This document shows, one piece after another, positions 10,001 through 19,788 of a DNA stretch of 64,000 bases (position 1 is the stretch's first letter; the number at the start of each line of letters is the position of its first letter). The notes beneath the pieces are model-generated. The model saw only the letters and a program-made list of their open reading frames with translations. It made no database searches and was not told where the DNA came from. A program made the position numbers and the translations under genes. This DNA is from Thermoanaerobaculia bacterium (GTDB lineage: Bacteria; Acidobacteriota; Thermoanaerobaculia; Gp7-AA8): assembly GCA_035544735.1 (NCBI GenBank), contig DATKCD010000073.1:8546-72545 (forward strand). The letters run 5' to 3'.

Positions 10001-10180
10001 CCGGTGCCGCAGCTCGATCGGGAAGCCGAACGGCGGCTCGCCGGTCTGGCGGGCCGGGCCGCGGCCGGGGCCCGCGTCGAGCGCGAGATCGATCTCGAGC
10101 TCGCGCGGGCGTTCGAGATCTCCGATCGGGAGATGCGGCTCCTGGGCGAGTATCTCGAGCGCCGTCTCGGCAGAGTCTGA
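7082..10180 (+). CDS. Large N6-adenine DNA methyltransferase with helical N-domain and C-terminal target-recognition domain (Eco57I / type IIG / BREX PglX / DISARM DrmMI-like)
   Basis: Motifs seen: PYLNGGLFE (type IIG/PglX hallmark), GSFYTPREVVD (motif X), ILDPACGSGAFL (motif I, SAM binding), LVLGNPPW (motif IV, amino-MTase) and a ~350-aa TaqI_C-like specificity domain. No PD-(D/E)xK, HNH or PLD nuclease motif is recognisable. GTG start is preceded by GGAGG. Confidence 0.8.
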   Translation: MIPPDAVAACADLQGVAALLRELGWDVALRPLDPGFWRRCNVAPLPDTAHLFHASRHGPIELFVAEGTAARDAVAAFTGALSSWNLLLRFVTVYRDSETGSISIFGTDGKRRLRRIDLDRTSPRAEALARAGALELRGTASSADFVTGLERAFEKESVGRKFFLRFRDDVARLSLDLARACPAEDPRALAAESLLILSRILFLCFIQEKGWLDGNRAYLSDLVRRSAKVREGMFSGVFLPLFFGCLNTPPARRDPFARKLGRVPYLNGGLFEPSAFERRHPVIGLDDAVLESILFDTFERFQFTIEEDDETGAHIDPEMLGRVFETLMAEDERAESGSFYTPREVVDVLTARAIAVRVGRDERRAGAVLARWAAEGEAEIESIASRELLVRLRSIRILDPACGSGAFLLAALHSLEGLERRICEGLGIPPPAGVRRRIVARSLHGIDLKPEAVRLCELRLWLAIASAHDGDSMEIEPLPNLDRNILQGNALIGPLDFAGGARFDLVREWSFALRAREGMLERYRVAAPAERRSLAAALRSSDRELALAMTSRAAEVARDEVDDLVRRQGSLFGGKPRRNDPRIAAIEARIEAADRERARIESGEIGFFAPDVHFAHVERDGGFDLVLGNPPWVRAPRIEPSQRKKLAERYPMFGKPMRGSAIHQGELALAFFEKSLRLAAPGGVVALLVPAKVATADYAARFRSEISRHGRLVEIRDWSERARSLFDADTFPLGVVLLKGARPATTLVVDGASGFAVPQRRLGDRAGGPWILAPAEVRSILDRLRDAGEPFATRFAPPIMGIKTGANLEFFVEPEIVNGSRWARLAGIEVPIEALCRVVRGRDVRRWSAHGSVWMLWPRPGEPWFERWRASGGPKPASLAYSRPAHFGSKVVWKDISRGMSAAAVPPETEFEGRRVALVPNQTVYCAEVPNMEQAHLAAALLNSTLAGAWLASVADRAKDSHFRYFGRTVAGLPVPQLDREAERRLAGLAGRAAAGARVEREIDLELARAFEISDREMRLLGEYLERRLGRV

Positions 10181-12015
10181 TGGAGCTCGAGGCGTGGGTC
10201 GGCGCTGCCCGCGAGCGGACGCTCCCTCCGCTCCGCGATCCTCCGCCGGTTCGCCTCATGCCGCATCAGGAGATGGGGGCCCGGCGGCTGGTCGAGGCCT
10301 TGCGGCGGTTCGGCGGCGCTCTGCTTCTGGACGAGGTGGGACTGGGCAAGTCGTTCACGGCTGCGACGGTGGCGCGCGAGCTCGCGGCGGAGGGCTGGCA
10401 GATCGAAGCATGCGTTCCCGCTCCTCTCGTATGCGGCTGGGAGCGGACCTTCGCCCGGTTCGGGGTGGCCGGACCGATCGTGACGCACGATTCGCTGCTC
10501 CGCCGCGCAGCGAGCGGGACGGGTCGCCGGCTTCTGCTGGTGGACGAGGCGCACCGCTTCAGGAACCGGGCGACGCTCCGACACCGCGCCCTCGAGGGCT
10601 GCCGTTCGATGGCGGGCCTTCTGCTGATCACCGCGACTCCGGTCTGCAACGGCATCGAGGACCTTCTCGCGATCGTCCGGCTCGCGGTCGGCGACGATTC
10701 ATTGAAGCCGTGGGGGATTGCGTCCATCGACCGGGCCTTCGCTCTGCGCGACCGGCGATCGGTGAGGGAGATCGTGGCGGCCGTGGGACTTCGCCGTTCG
10801 GCGGAGATCGAGGGACTTCCCTTTCCATCGCTGCGGCGGGCGGTCGTTCGATTCGGGCACGGAGCGGAAGGAGCCGAGGTGCGGCGCGGAATCGAGAGCC
10901 TCGGGTTTCCCGTGCTCGGCCAGGGGGGAGGGGCGCCACTGATGAGACAGCATTTGTGGCGTCGGTTCGAATCGAGTCCCGAAGCCCTCGTCGAGTCGCT
11001 CCTGCGGCAGCGCCGCTTCGTGCGGCGGGCCGCCGAGAAGCTCGCCGCAGGATTCACGCTCAGCCGCGCCGACTTCGCCTCGATGTTCGATCGCGAGGAC
11101 CATGGAATGTTTCAGGAGGTGCTCTTCCCGGAAGCGTTTTTCGGCAGGGTGGAGCCGGCCGGGAGCTCGATCGATGCGCGACTGGAGCAGGAGCTCCGCC
11201 GGATCGAGACACTTCTGTCGCTGGCTCGCAGGGCAGGCACGCCGAAGGTCGATCTGCTCGAGGAGCGCCTCGAAGGGATCGCGATGCCGGCGGTGATCTT
11301 CACGCGTGCCGTTGCCACTGCCCGGGCGGTCGTCTCCCGGCTGCGGCTCGCCCGGCGAACGGCCTCGATCACCTCGCGGGGCGCCAGCGACGACCGGGGA
11401 TGCGCCGTCGCGCCGGAGCGCGTGCTCGCGCAGTTCCGGGCGCGGCAGCTCGACCTTCTCGTCCTGACCGATCTGGCGAGCGAAGGCCTCGACCTGCAGA
11501 CCGCCGCGAGCGTAGTGCATTACGACCTCCCCTGGACTGCCGTGAAGCTTCATCAGCGCGATGGGCGCGCCAGGCGCATCGGACAGGTGCGTCCGGAGAT
11601 CGGCTCCGTCGTCTTCATCCCGGGTCGGGCGCTCGACTCCGGCGCCATGAAGTTCATCGCGCGGAAGGAGCGGCTTTCCAATCGCTACCTGGGAGCCGAT
11701 CCCTTCCCGAGCCGGTGCGAAACGGTCATCGGCGAGCGCCTCCCGGCGCTGGCTGCGCGCTGCGGCTCCTCGGTCGTCGTCGTCGACCGCGGCATTCTTC
11801 TCTTCGTCGTGAACGGAGAAGTGACGCTGGATCCCGGATCTCCCGGAATCGGCAACCGCGACTCGGTGAGTCCGTGCGAGATTCCTCCGGTTCTCGACCG
11901 GTGGCGCGAACAGGCGGAGCTGATGCCGCCGCGGTGCGCCCGCCTCCCGCCGGTCAGCGCGGCGACTGAAACAGGGGAGCGCCCGATATCCGGTCGACGG
12001 TCGAGGCGTAGGTGA
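10180..12015 (+). CDS. SNF2-family (SWI2/SNF2, DEAH-box) helicase/ATPase, minimal core
   Basis: Motif I LLLDEVGLGKSFTA, motif II LLLVDEAHRFRN, motif III LLITATPVCNGIEDL. Helicase-C has HQRDGRARRIGQ (motif VI). The ATG overlaps the MTase stop (TGATG at 10178-10182). It is 611 aa, with no nuclease or other added domains. Confidence 0.8.
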   Translation: MELEAWVGAARERTLPPLRDPPPVRLMPHQEMGARRLVEALRRFGGALLLDEVGLGKSFTAATVARELAAEGWQIEACVPAPLVCGWERTFARFGVAGPIVTHDSLLRRAASGTGRRLLLVDEAHRFRNRATLRHRALEGCRSMAGLLLITATPVCNGIEDLLAIVRLAVGDDSLKPWGIASIDRAFALRDRRSVREIVAAVGLRRSAEIEGLPFPSLRRAVVRFGHGAEGAEVRRGIESLGFPVLGQGGGAPLMRQHLWRRFESSPEALVESLLRQRRFVRRAAEKLAAGFTLSRADFASMFDREDHGMFQEVLFPEAFFGRVEPAGSSIDARLEQELRRIETLLSLARRAGTPKVDLLEERLEGIAMPAVIFTRAVATARAVVSRLRLARRTASITSRGASDDRGCAVAPERVLAQFRARQLDLLVLTDLASEGLDLQTAASVVHYDLPWTAVKLHQRDGRARRIGQVRPEIGSVVFIPGRALDSGAMKFIARKERLSNRYLGADPFPSRCETVIGERLPALAARCGSSVVVVDRGILLFVVNGEVTLDPGSPGIGNRDSVSPCEIPPVLDRWREQAELMPPRCARLPPVSAATETGERPISGRRSRRR

Positions 12016-13504
12016 AGAAGCTCGCATGCTCGCTCGTCGCAGAGACGCGCACGGTCAGCCCGCCCGCCTCGTCGAGGCCGTCGAAGAGCGGCAGGTTCGA
12101 TTCGATCCGGCCCGGCGCGAGATTGACGTCTCTCGTTTTCACCACGGTGCCGCTGGAATCGAGAACCTCGACCCGAAGCGACGCGGCGCGCTCGCCCGGG
12201 TTCATCACCGTCACGTTCGTCCGCCCCCGCTCCGCGACTTCGAGCCCGGTCAGATAGGCGGTCTCACCCGAGTGGAACAGCCTCGGGAGCTCGATGACCG
12301 GCACCGCCTGCGCCACCCTCCCTCCGTCCGCCCGGAGGTTGTACGTCGAGCTGCGGATCACGAGATCGCCGCTCGAGGCCTCGATCAGCAGCGCTCCTCC
12401 CGCATCCCCCGGGCCGAACAGCTCGCCGATCAGATCGCCCCATCCGATCGTCGTGCCGGGGGCGATCGCCACCTCCACCGGACCGAACGCCGAGGCTCCG
12501 CCGTTCGGCAGCAGGCTCATTCGCACGCTCGCCTCGGCGTTTCCGGGGTTGTGGAGGTGGAGCTCCGAAAGCCAGCGCGAGGATTCGGCCCCGTCGAGCC
12601 GCGCGACTGCGGGAACGATCGCGCGACGATCGTAATAGAACTCGCCGCGGGTCGCCGCACCGATCAGCTCGGCCGTCGCCGTCACTCCCCCCTCGACGCG
12701 CAGGATCAGGCGGCCCGAGTACTCTCCCCGCTCGGCGGCATCGAAGAGCAGATCCACCGCGACGCTCTCCCCCGGCTGCAGCACGGCCGGAAGCGGCGCC
12801 CTCGCGCCGAAGGCCGCACTTCCGGCTTCGAGCTCCGGACGCTCGAGCCCGAGCGGCGCCGTGCCGCTATTGGTCGCGACGAGCGTCTGCGTCGCCGTCG
12901 ATCCGACCGGAACCGATCCGAAGTGGACCACCGGCCGGGAAAGCGTCAGCGAGGCCCGGGCGGAGGCGATCGCGATTCCTCCCTCGCCCACGACCCTCCC
13001 TTCGACGGCGCGACCTTCCGCATCGGACGCCGCGAAGGGCTGGACCGGGTCGATCCGGACCGGGGCGAATCCCGCCGCCCCGGGGCGCACCCGGAAGCGG
13101 AGCCGCGCGATCTCCCCCTCGGACAGAGCTCCGATCGGAGGGGTCGGATCGTAGATGGCGATCCCGAGCAGGCCCGCCTCGCTTCCCGCCCAGGAGGAGG
13201 CGGTGAACTCCCCCGGCACGGCGAGCTCGACGCGCGATCCGGCAGCGGAGTCGGGGTCGAGCAGGAGCCGTTCAGCGTCGAAGCGGATCACGAAGGCGAT
13301 CGCGGAGACGCGAGCCTCGGGGGTCGACAGCTCGATCGGAATTTCGGCGGTCCGGCCGGGAGCCGCCGCGGCGGACCCGACGGCGAGCTCCCACCCGGGC
13401 CCTTCGGCGCGTCCGGTCGTGGCGAAACCGAGGAGGATGCCGAGGATCGCCGGAGCGATGCCGCGGGCGAGTGCGGGCCGGGTGGGAGGGGCGTTCTGCG
13501 GCAT
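11954..13504 (-). CDS. Secreted hypothetical protein (signal peptide; cohesin-like beta-sandwich N-domain)
   Basis: N-terminal signal MPQNAPPTRPALARGIAPAILGILLGFATTGRA. The sequence is rich in G/A/V/T as in beta-sandwich repeats. GGAGG RBS. The family cannot be assigned from sequence alone. Confidence 0.5.
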   Translation of the reverse strand: MPQNAPPTRPALARGIAPAILGILLGFATTGRAEGPGWELAVGSAAAAPGRTAEIPIELSTPEARVSAIAFVIRFDAERLLLDPDSAAGSRVELAVPGEFTASSWAGSEAGLLGIAIYDPTPPIGALSEGEIARLRFRVRPGAAGFAPVRIDPVQPFAASDAEGRAVEGRVVGEGGIAIASARASLTLSRPVVHFGSVPVGSTATQTLVATNSGTAPLGLERPELEAGSAAFGARAPLPAVLQPGESVAVDLLFDAAERGEYSGRLILRVEGGVTATAELIGAATRGEFYYDRRAIVPAVARLDGAESSRWLSELHLHNPGNAEASVRMSLLPNGGASAFGPVEVAIAPGTTIGWGDLIGELFGPGDAGGALLIEASSGDLVIRSSTYNLRADGGRVAQAVPVIELPRLFHSGETAYLTGLEVAERGRTNVTVMNPGERAASLRVEVLDSSGTVVKTRDVNLAPGRIESNLPLFDGLDEAGGLTVRVSATSEHASFFTYASTVDRISGAPLFQSPR

Positions 13505-13537
13505 GCTCGTACCCCGGACCTCCGGGCGGGGGGGCGG

Positions 13538-13556
13538 GTAGCAAGGTTCGTTCCCG
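13538..13556 (-). promoter_or_regulatory. Candidate sigma-54 (-24/-12) promoter for the secreted-protein gene
   Basis: The reverse complement reads GGAACGAACCTTGCT, i.e. GG-N10-GC with a TTGCT -12 element. It sits ~35 nt upstream of the ATG at 13504, in the gap shared with the divergent sigma-54 activator gene. Confidence 0.35.
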
Positions 13557-13595
13557 TCCCGGGCCGGTGGGGAGAGGAAGTCTATAATCGTTTTC

Positions 13596-15000
<1,405 letters not shown>

Positions 15001-15014
<14 letters not shown>

Positions 15015-15492
15015 GGTTGCGATGTTGAGCGCCTGGCTGCTCCTCGCTGCCGCCTGCGGCGTTCGCCCTTCGGGGAGCTCTCCCTCCGATCCGGTCGACC
15101 CGAGCGCTCCTCAGGTCGTCCTTCCCGACGGCTCGACGGTTGGGGTCGAGATCGCGGCCGACCCCGAGACGCGCGCGCGCGGGCTGATGTACCGCCCCTC
15201 GCTTCCTCCCGGCCGCGGGATGCTGTTCCTCTTCCCGGAGACCTCGGTCCATTCATTCTGGATGAAGGACACTCTGGTGTCGCTCGACATGATCTGGATC
15301 GACGAGCAGGGGAGGGTGGTCGACGTCGAATCCGAGGTTCCTCCCTGCCGGAGCGATCCATGCCCGTCTTACGTCCCGGACGGAGAGTCCCGATACGTGC
15401 TCGAGCTCGCGGCGGGGGAGGCGGCGCGGCACGGCATCTCGCCCGGCGTCACCCTCGGATTCCGCAATCTCGAGCGCTTCGCCGTCCGCTGA
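15001..15492 (+). CDS. DUF192-family secreted/lipoprotein
   Basis: Signal peptide plus Cys (LLLAAACG). Conserved DUF192 core PLDMIWIDEQGRVV...PCPSY. Start choice (15001 versus 15022) is uncertain. Confidence 0.6.
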
Positions 15493-15577
15493 GGCTCCTT
15501 CGGAGGGTTCCGAACCGCGGCACGTCGATCACGACGAATATCCGGGGGAACCAGCCCGTTCTCGACCCCGAGCCGTC

Positions 15578-16480
15578 ATGGTCCGCTCGCGCGAGAATCT
15601 CCACGTCATCTACGTCCTCCTCTTCCTCGAGGCCGCCCTCTTTCTGCTCCAGATGCAGGACGGGCAGCGCTACGTTCAGATGTTCGCGTTCGTGCCGCAG
15701 CTCTTCCTCGCGGGGGAGGTCTGGCGCATCTTCACCTATCAGTTCATGCAGGGAGGAGCGCTCGGGCTGTTCTTCGCGCTCCTGATCCTCTACATCATGG
15801 GAAACGCGCTCGAGGAGGAATGGGGAACGTTCGACTTCGTCGTGTTCTGGCTGCTGTCGGTTCTCGGGTCGGCCACCGTCGCGATGATCCTCGGCGTCCC
15901 GATCTACGGCTCGTTCTTCCTGAGCTACTCGCTTCTGTTCGCGTACGCGCTCACCTATCCGGAGATGACGTTCCTTCTCTTCTTCGTCCTCCCGGTGAAG
16001 GTGAAGTGGCTCGCCTGGATCGCCCTCGCGATCCTGATCTTCGGGCTTCTGCGCGCTCAGCCGAACAGCATCGCGGCCGCCGGGGGCGCGGCGGCCAGCC
16101 TGATGTACTTCAGAATGCGGCAGGGGGGCCGCCTCCGTATTCGCATGCCGCCTCGAGCGGCGCGCCCGCCGCTCGAGCGGCCCCCGATCGACCCCTCCGA
16201 CGAGAAGCTCGCCGGCCGCAACCTCGCTCTGTTCGCCGAGGTCGAGGAAGCTCTCGAGCGCGGCGATCGCGAAGAGGTCGAGAGCCTGATCCGGCGCACG
16301 GAGAATCAGATCGTTCCGGGCGTGAACATCTGTCCTCCCCCCGATTACAAGCCGAAAGGGGAAGATCGCTACTGCATCCGCTGTGAAGGATTCGCCGAGT
16401 GCACGGTGCGGTTCATGCGCGCGAGCTCGGAGGCTTCCACGGTGGAGCAGGGCGAGCCCGACCGCGCCGGTTCGCGCTGA
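15578..16480 (+). CDS. Rhomboid-like polytopic membrane protein with Cys-rich C-terminal tail
   Basis: Six predicted TM helices with rhomboid-like spacing (FMQGGALGLFFALLILYIMGNALEEEWG; LGSATVAMILG). The catalytic GxSG and His are not clearly conserved. The C-terminus has CPPPDYKPKGEDRYCIRCEGFAEC. Confidence 0.45.
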   Translation: MVRSRENLHVIYVLLFLEAALFLLQMQDGQRYVQMFAFVPQLFLAGEVWRIFTYQFMQGGALGLFFALLILYIMGNALEEEWGTFDFVVFWLLSVLGSATVAMILGVPIYGSFFLSYSLLFAYALTYPEMTFLLFFVLPVKVKWLAWIALAILIFGLLRAQPNSIAAAGGAAASLMYFRMRQGGRLRIRMPPRAARPPLERPPIDPSDEKLAGRNLALFAEVEEALERGDREEVESLIRRTENQIVPGVNICPPPDYKPKGEDRYCIRCEGFAECTVRFMRASSEASTVEQGEPDRAGSR

Positions 16481-17053
16481 TCATTCGGATGGAGGGGCGC
16501 TCCCGCCCCCGCCCCCCCCGCGCCGGCGCCTCCGCCGGACGCGCCGCTTGCGAGCCTCCCCCGCGGTGCCGCCGGCGGGGGAGCCTGCCGGCTGCGGCTG
16601 CGTTCGCGGCGCTTCATGGGTCGCCGCCGGCGGCCCCCCTCCCTCCGCCCGTCCGCGTCCGCGCCGCCGGCGCTTGCGTCTGCGTCCTTCCGGCCCCGCG
16701 GTGCCGGGCGGATTCTGCGTCGCCGGCCGCTGCTGCGTGCCCGCCGCCTTCGTCGGCGACCCCGGCCCGCGCGGTTCGCCGCTCCGCGGCCGCCCTCTCT
16801 GGCCGGAACCTCCGGCCGAGCGCGTGGCCGCCGGCGTCTCCTTCTCCGGGCTGCGCCGTCCCCGTCCGCCACGCTTCCCCTCGCGCGCGGGCTGCTGCGG
16901 GCTCCGGGCGCGAAGCTTCTCGCGCAGCCGGCGGGCGGCTTCCCCCTCGCGCCTGAGACGGACCGGGTCGTGGCCGCAGTACGGACAGCGTCGCCATCCC
17001 TCGGGATAGGTGCGGCTGCACGCCGAGCAGAGGATGCTTTTCGGCAGCGGCAT
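16481..17053 (-). CDS. Putative zinc-ribbon protein with long Arg/Gly/Pro-rich disordered tail
   Basis: N-terminus CSACSRTYPEGWRRCPYCGH is a CxxC-N13-CxxC ribbon. The rest is low complexity in an extremely GC-rich stretch, so this could be a GC-frame artefact. Confidence 0.3.
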   Translation of the reverse strand: MPLPKSILCSACSRTYPEGWRRCPYCGHDPVRLRREGEAARRLREKLRARSPQQPAREGKRGGRGRRSPEKETPAATRSAGGSGQRGRPRSGEPRGPGSPTKAAGTQQRPATQNPPGTAGPEGRRRKRRRRGRGRAEGGGPPAATHEAPRTQPQPAGSPAGGTAGEARKRRVRRRRRRGGGGGGSAPPSE

Positions 17054-17318
17054 CGGGGGCGCATTGTACCGGAAAGCCTCGGGCGGAATAGCTGCTGCGG
17101 GGCGCCGATTCTGAAGGCCGGACGCTCACGCGAGTCGATGGACGACGAGAGACGCAAGACGCTCGAGACTCTTCTCGATCTCGCCGGCGGGGACGACCCG
17201 GCCGGCTGCTGGGATCCGGCGCGCGCGGTGTCGATCCTGCGCCATCAGACCACCGCCGAGGAGCTCGAGCAGATCGGAGCGAGCCCGGCCCTCATCGCCG
17301 AGATCTGGCCGGAGGACC

Positions 17319-17723
17319 GTGAAGGGTAGATTCTCAGTCCGGATCGAGTCGCGGTTCGAGGCCGCGCACTTCCTGCGCAACTACCGCGGAATCTCGGAGC
17401 CGCTGCACGGGCACTCCTACCGCGTGGAAGCGGTCCTCAGCGCAGCCGACGCCGGCCTCGATCAGGATGCCATCGCGGTCGACTTCGTCAGCTCGGGCCG
17501 GGAGCTCGAGCGCCTCGCGAAGCGGCTCGATTACACCTGCATCAACGACGTCCCTCCCTTCGACGACGTGAACCCCTCGGCGGAGAACATCGCCGAATGG
17601 TTCTGGAACGAGCTGAATGCGGCCGTGGCGAAGGAGAACGCGCGCGTCGACCGGGTGACCGTCTGGGAAGGTCCCGTGAACGCGGCGACCTATGCGCCGC
17701 AACGGGAGAGCGAAACACGATGA
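17319..17723 (+). CDS. queD: 6-carboxy-5,6,7,8-tetrahydropterin synthase (QueD / PTPS family)
   Basis: PTPS motifs FEAAHFL and EPLHGHSYRVEAV (zinc-binding His triad and catalytic region). About 134 aa. Confidence 0.85.
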   Translation: MKGRFSVRIESRFEAAHFLRNYRGISEPLHGHSYRVEAVLSAADAGLDQDAIAVDFVSSGRELERLAKRLDYTCINDVPPFDDVNPSAENIAEWFWNELNAAVAKENARVDRVTVWEGPVNAATYAPQRESETR

Positions 17724-18337
17724 AGATCCCGAATCACACCGCGCTGAAGGAATGGGCCTCGGTCGTCGCCGCGATCGGCGCCGGCGAGCAGATCCTCCTG
17801 CTCCGCAAGGGAGGCATCGCCGATCCGAAGTTCGGCGTCGACGCCGATCGCTTCCATCTCTTTCCGACCTATCTCCATCAGAAGGAGAAGCTCTTCCAGC
17901 CGCAGCGTGCGGAATGGTTCCGCAGGACCGATCGCGACGATCCCGAGCCGCCGGAGGTCGAGATCGACACCTGGGTCGAGGTGGTCGAGACCTTTCAGAT
18001 CCGCGAGCTCGACCGCCTTCTCGCGCTCGAGCCCTTTCTGATCTTCACCCGCGAGACGATCGAGGAGCGGTACCGCTTCCGGCCGGAACAGGCGGTGCAC
18101 GTGATCGCGGTGCGCGGGTGGAAGCTTCCGCGTCCGGCGGCGATCCGCGCCGATCGTCCCGAATACCGCGGATGCGTGAGCTGGATCTCGCTCGAAGAGG
18201 AGATTCCGATCGACGGCTCGACGCGGGCGATGCCCGAGGAGACGCTGCGCGGGCGGATCGACGAGGTGGTCCGGGCGCTCAAGGCGGTTCCCGGCGCGCC
18301 GCTCACGGCTCGCGATCCGGCAGCTTCGAGGTCGTGA
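17720..18337 (+). CDS. Conserved hypothetical protein (DUF1802-like)
   Basis: ATG overlaps the queD stop (ATGA). N-terminal MKIPNHTALKEWASVVAAIGAGEQILLLRKGGI resembles DUF1802-family proteins, which are often linked with queuosine genes. Confidence 0.5.
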   Translation: MKIPNHTALKEWASVVAAIGAGEQILLLRKGGIADPKFGVDADRFHLFPTYLHQKEKLFQPQRAEWFRRTDRDDPEPPEVEIDTWVEVVETFQIRELDRLLALEPFLIFTRETIEERYRFRPEQAVHVIAVRGWKLPRPAAIRADRPEYRGCVSWISLEEEIPIDGSTRAMPEETLRGRIDEVVRALKAVPGAPLTARDPAASRS

Positions 18338-18745
18338 GCACGAAGTCGGAGGTCGCGATCGCCGCCAGATCGCCGTTCCCGTCGACCACGTCGACGCGCG
18401 CGACGCAGATCGTCGACCCCTTCTTGACGATCCTCGCCGTCGCGATGGCCCGATCCTTCGCCCGCCGCAGAAAGTGAAGATTCAGGTTCGAGGTGGCGAA
18501 CCCCATCTTCCCGTCGAAATTCGTCGACAGCGCGCCGGCGATCGCGAGGTCGGCAAGGATCGCGACGACGCCTCCGTGGATCGTGCCGGAGCCGTTGTCG
18601 GTCGGCGGATGGAGATCGGCCTCTACGGTGCAGAGATCCGGCTGGAGGTCGACGAACCGGACGCCGAGGAACCGGTGGAGAGGATGATTCGCGAATCGGG
18701 CGCGCAGGCGCTCGAGAAGGTCGGGGGCGATCTCGCGGCTCAAGG
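18303..18745 (-). CDS. PaaI/4HBT-type hotdog-fold thioesterase
   Basis: Motif HGGVVAILADLAIAGA...ARVDVVDGNGDLAAIATSDF. TTG start with GGAGG 8 nt upstream. It overlaps the stop of the upstream gene. Confidence 0.7.
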
Positions 18746-19729
18746 ATTCGCTCCTCCCGGCGCCTGAGCCAGGATCGTCGCCAGCTTCGCCGGGTCGTCC
18801 GGGAGGAGTCCGGAGGCCGGAAGCCGCCGCGTGACCTCGACCCAGTCCGCGTTCTTCGCGAAGACCTCGCGGAAGATCGGAAGCGCCTCCGCCTCGCGCC
18901 CCGCGGTGAAGAGCGTCACCGCGACCCAGTAGGGGAGCTCTTCGATGTCGGGCGCCAGGGCGGCCCCCTGACGATACTCCGCCATCGCTTCGTCCCATCG
19001 CTTTTCGGCGGAGAGCTCGTCGCCGCGGTTCATGTGCGCGTAGGCGCGCTGCAGCACGACCAGGCGCCTGAGCTCGGCGATCGGATCGGGGTGATCTTCG
19101 ACGCGGAGGTCGAAAATCCGGTCGACCCACTGTTTTCCGGTCGGTTCGGCCCGGACGACGAGGATCGCAGCCGACTGCTGCCCGCGGATGTCGCCTCCGG
19201 CTGCCTGACCCGCCTCGAGGGCGGCGATCATCCGGACGGCGAGATCGCCGCGGGCGGAGCGAAACGCAGCAGCCATCGCCGGCCACACCCGGTCGTTGCG
19301 CATCAGGTTCGCCTGCACCGCGAACTCGTCGCCTGCGTAGTGGCCGGCGGCGGCGATCGCCGCATCGCCGGTGTGGACGGCGGGCGGTCCGGTCGGGGCG
19401 ATCATCGCGACCTGCCTTACTTCCGCCTGCGGATCGATCGAAAGGAGCGCCTCGAGCGCCTGCACCGGTGTCTTCCCCGAGCGCATCAGCGCGAGGCCGA
19501 GCGGCCCGTACGCCGGATCGACGAACGACTGCGTGGCGACCGCCCCGACTCCGGCTTCGGCCCACGTCACGATCGATCCGACCGAGAACCAGTGCGACTG
19601 GACCGCGACCCCCATCTCGCCGGTCTGCGGATCGCGCGCGACGATCGAGAAGGTGTGCGCCAGCGGGTCGGCGCTCGCCGGCGGCACGAGCGGCGCGAGC
19701 AGGAGCAGCATGAAAGAGAGTCGAGTCAT
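18740..19729 (-). CDS. DUF1028-family (Ntn-hydrolase-like) secreted protein
   Basis: Signal peptide MTRLSFMLLLLAPLVPPASA, then the HTFSIVARD N-terminal nucleophile-like motif typical of DUF1028. Confidence 0.6.
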   Translation of the reverse strand: MTRLSFMLLLLAPLVPPASADPLAHTFSIVARDPQTGEMGVAVQSHWFSVGSIVTWAEAGVGAVATQSFVDPAYGPLGLALMRSGKTPVQALEALLSIDPQAEVRQVAMIAPTGPPAVHTGDAAIAAAGHYAGDEFAVQANLMRNDRVWPAMAAAFRSARGDLAVRMIAALEAGQAAGGDIRGQQSAAILVVRAEPTGKQWVDRIFDLRVEDHPDPIAELRRLVVLQRAYAHMNRGDELSAEKRWDEAMAEYRQGAALAPDIEELPYWVAVTLFTAGREAEALPIFREVFAKNADWVEVTRRLPASGLLPDDPAKLATILAQAPGGANP

Positions 19730-19788
19730 CGGTTCCTCCTGATCCCGATTATTCACGAGAGCCTCGCCGGGAGTGAGAAAATCGTGCG

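Noticed and set aside
4779-10180. Large alternate-frame ORFs (4779..7085 +, 6965..9208 -, 7095..7667 +, and others) overlapping the pilin, AlkP-like and MTase genes
   Set aside because: They have low-complexity composition and no motifs. Each overlaps a gene that has strong family signatures.
16383-17329. Multiple overlapping plus-strand ORFs (16383..17009, 16399..16956, 16616..17329) in the GC block
   Set aside because: All are Arg/Pro/Ala low complexity. Only the last 63 codons before queD (MDDERRKTLETLLD…) look protein-like, and even that is weak.
17126-18100. Minus-strand ORFs antisense to queD and the DUF1802-like gene
   Set aside because: Antisense artefacts.
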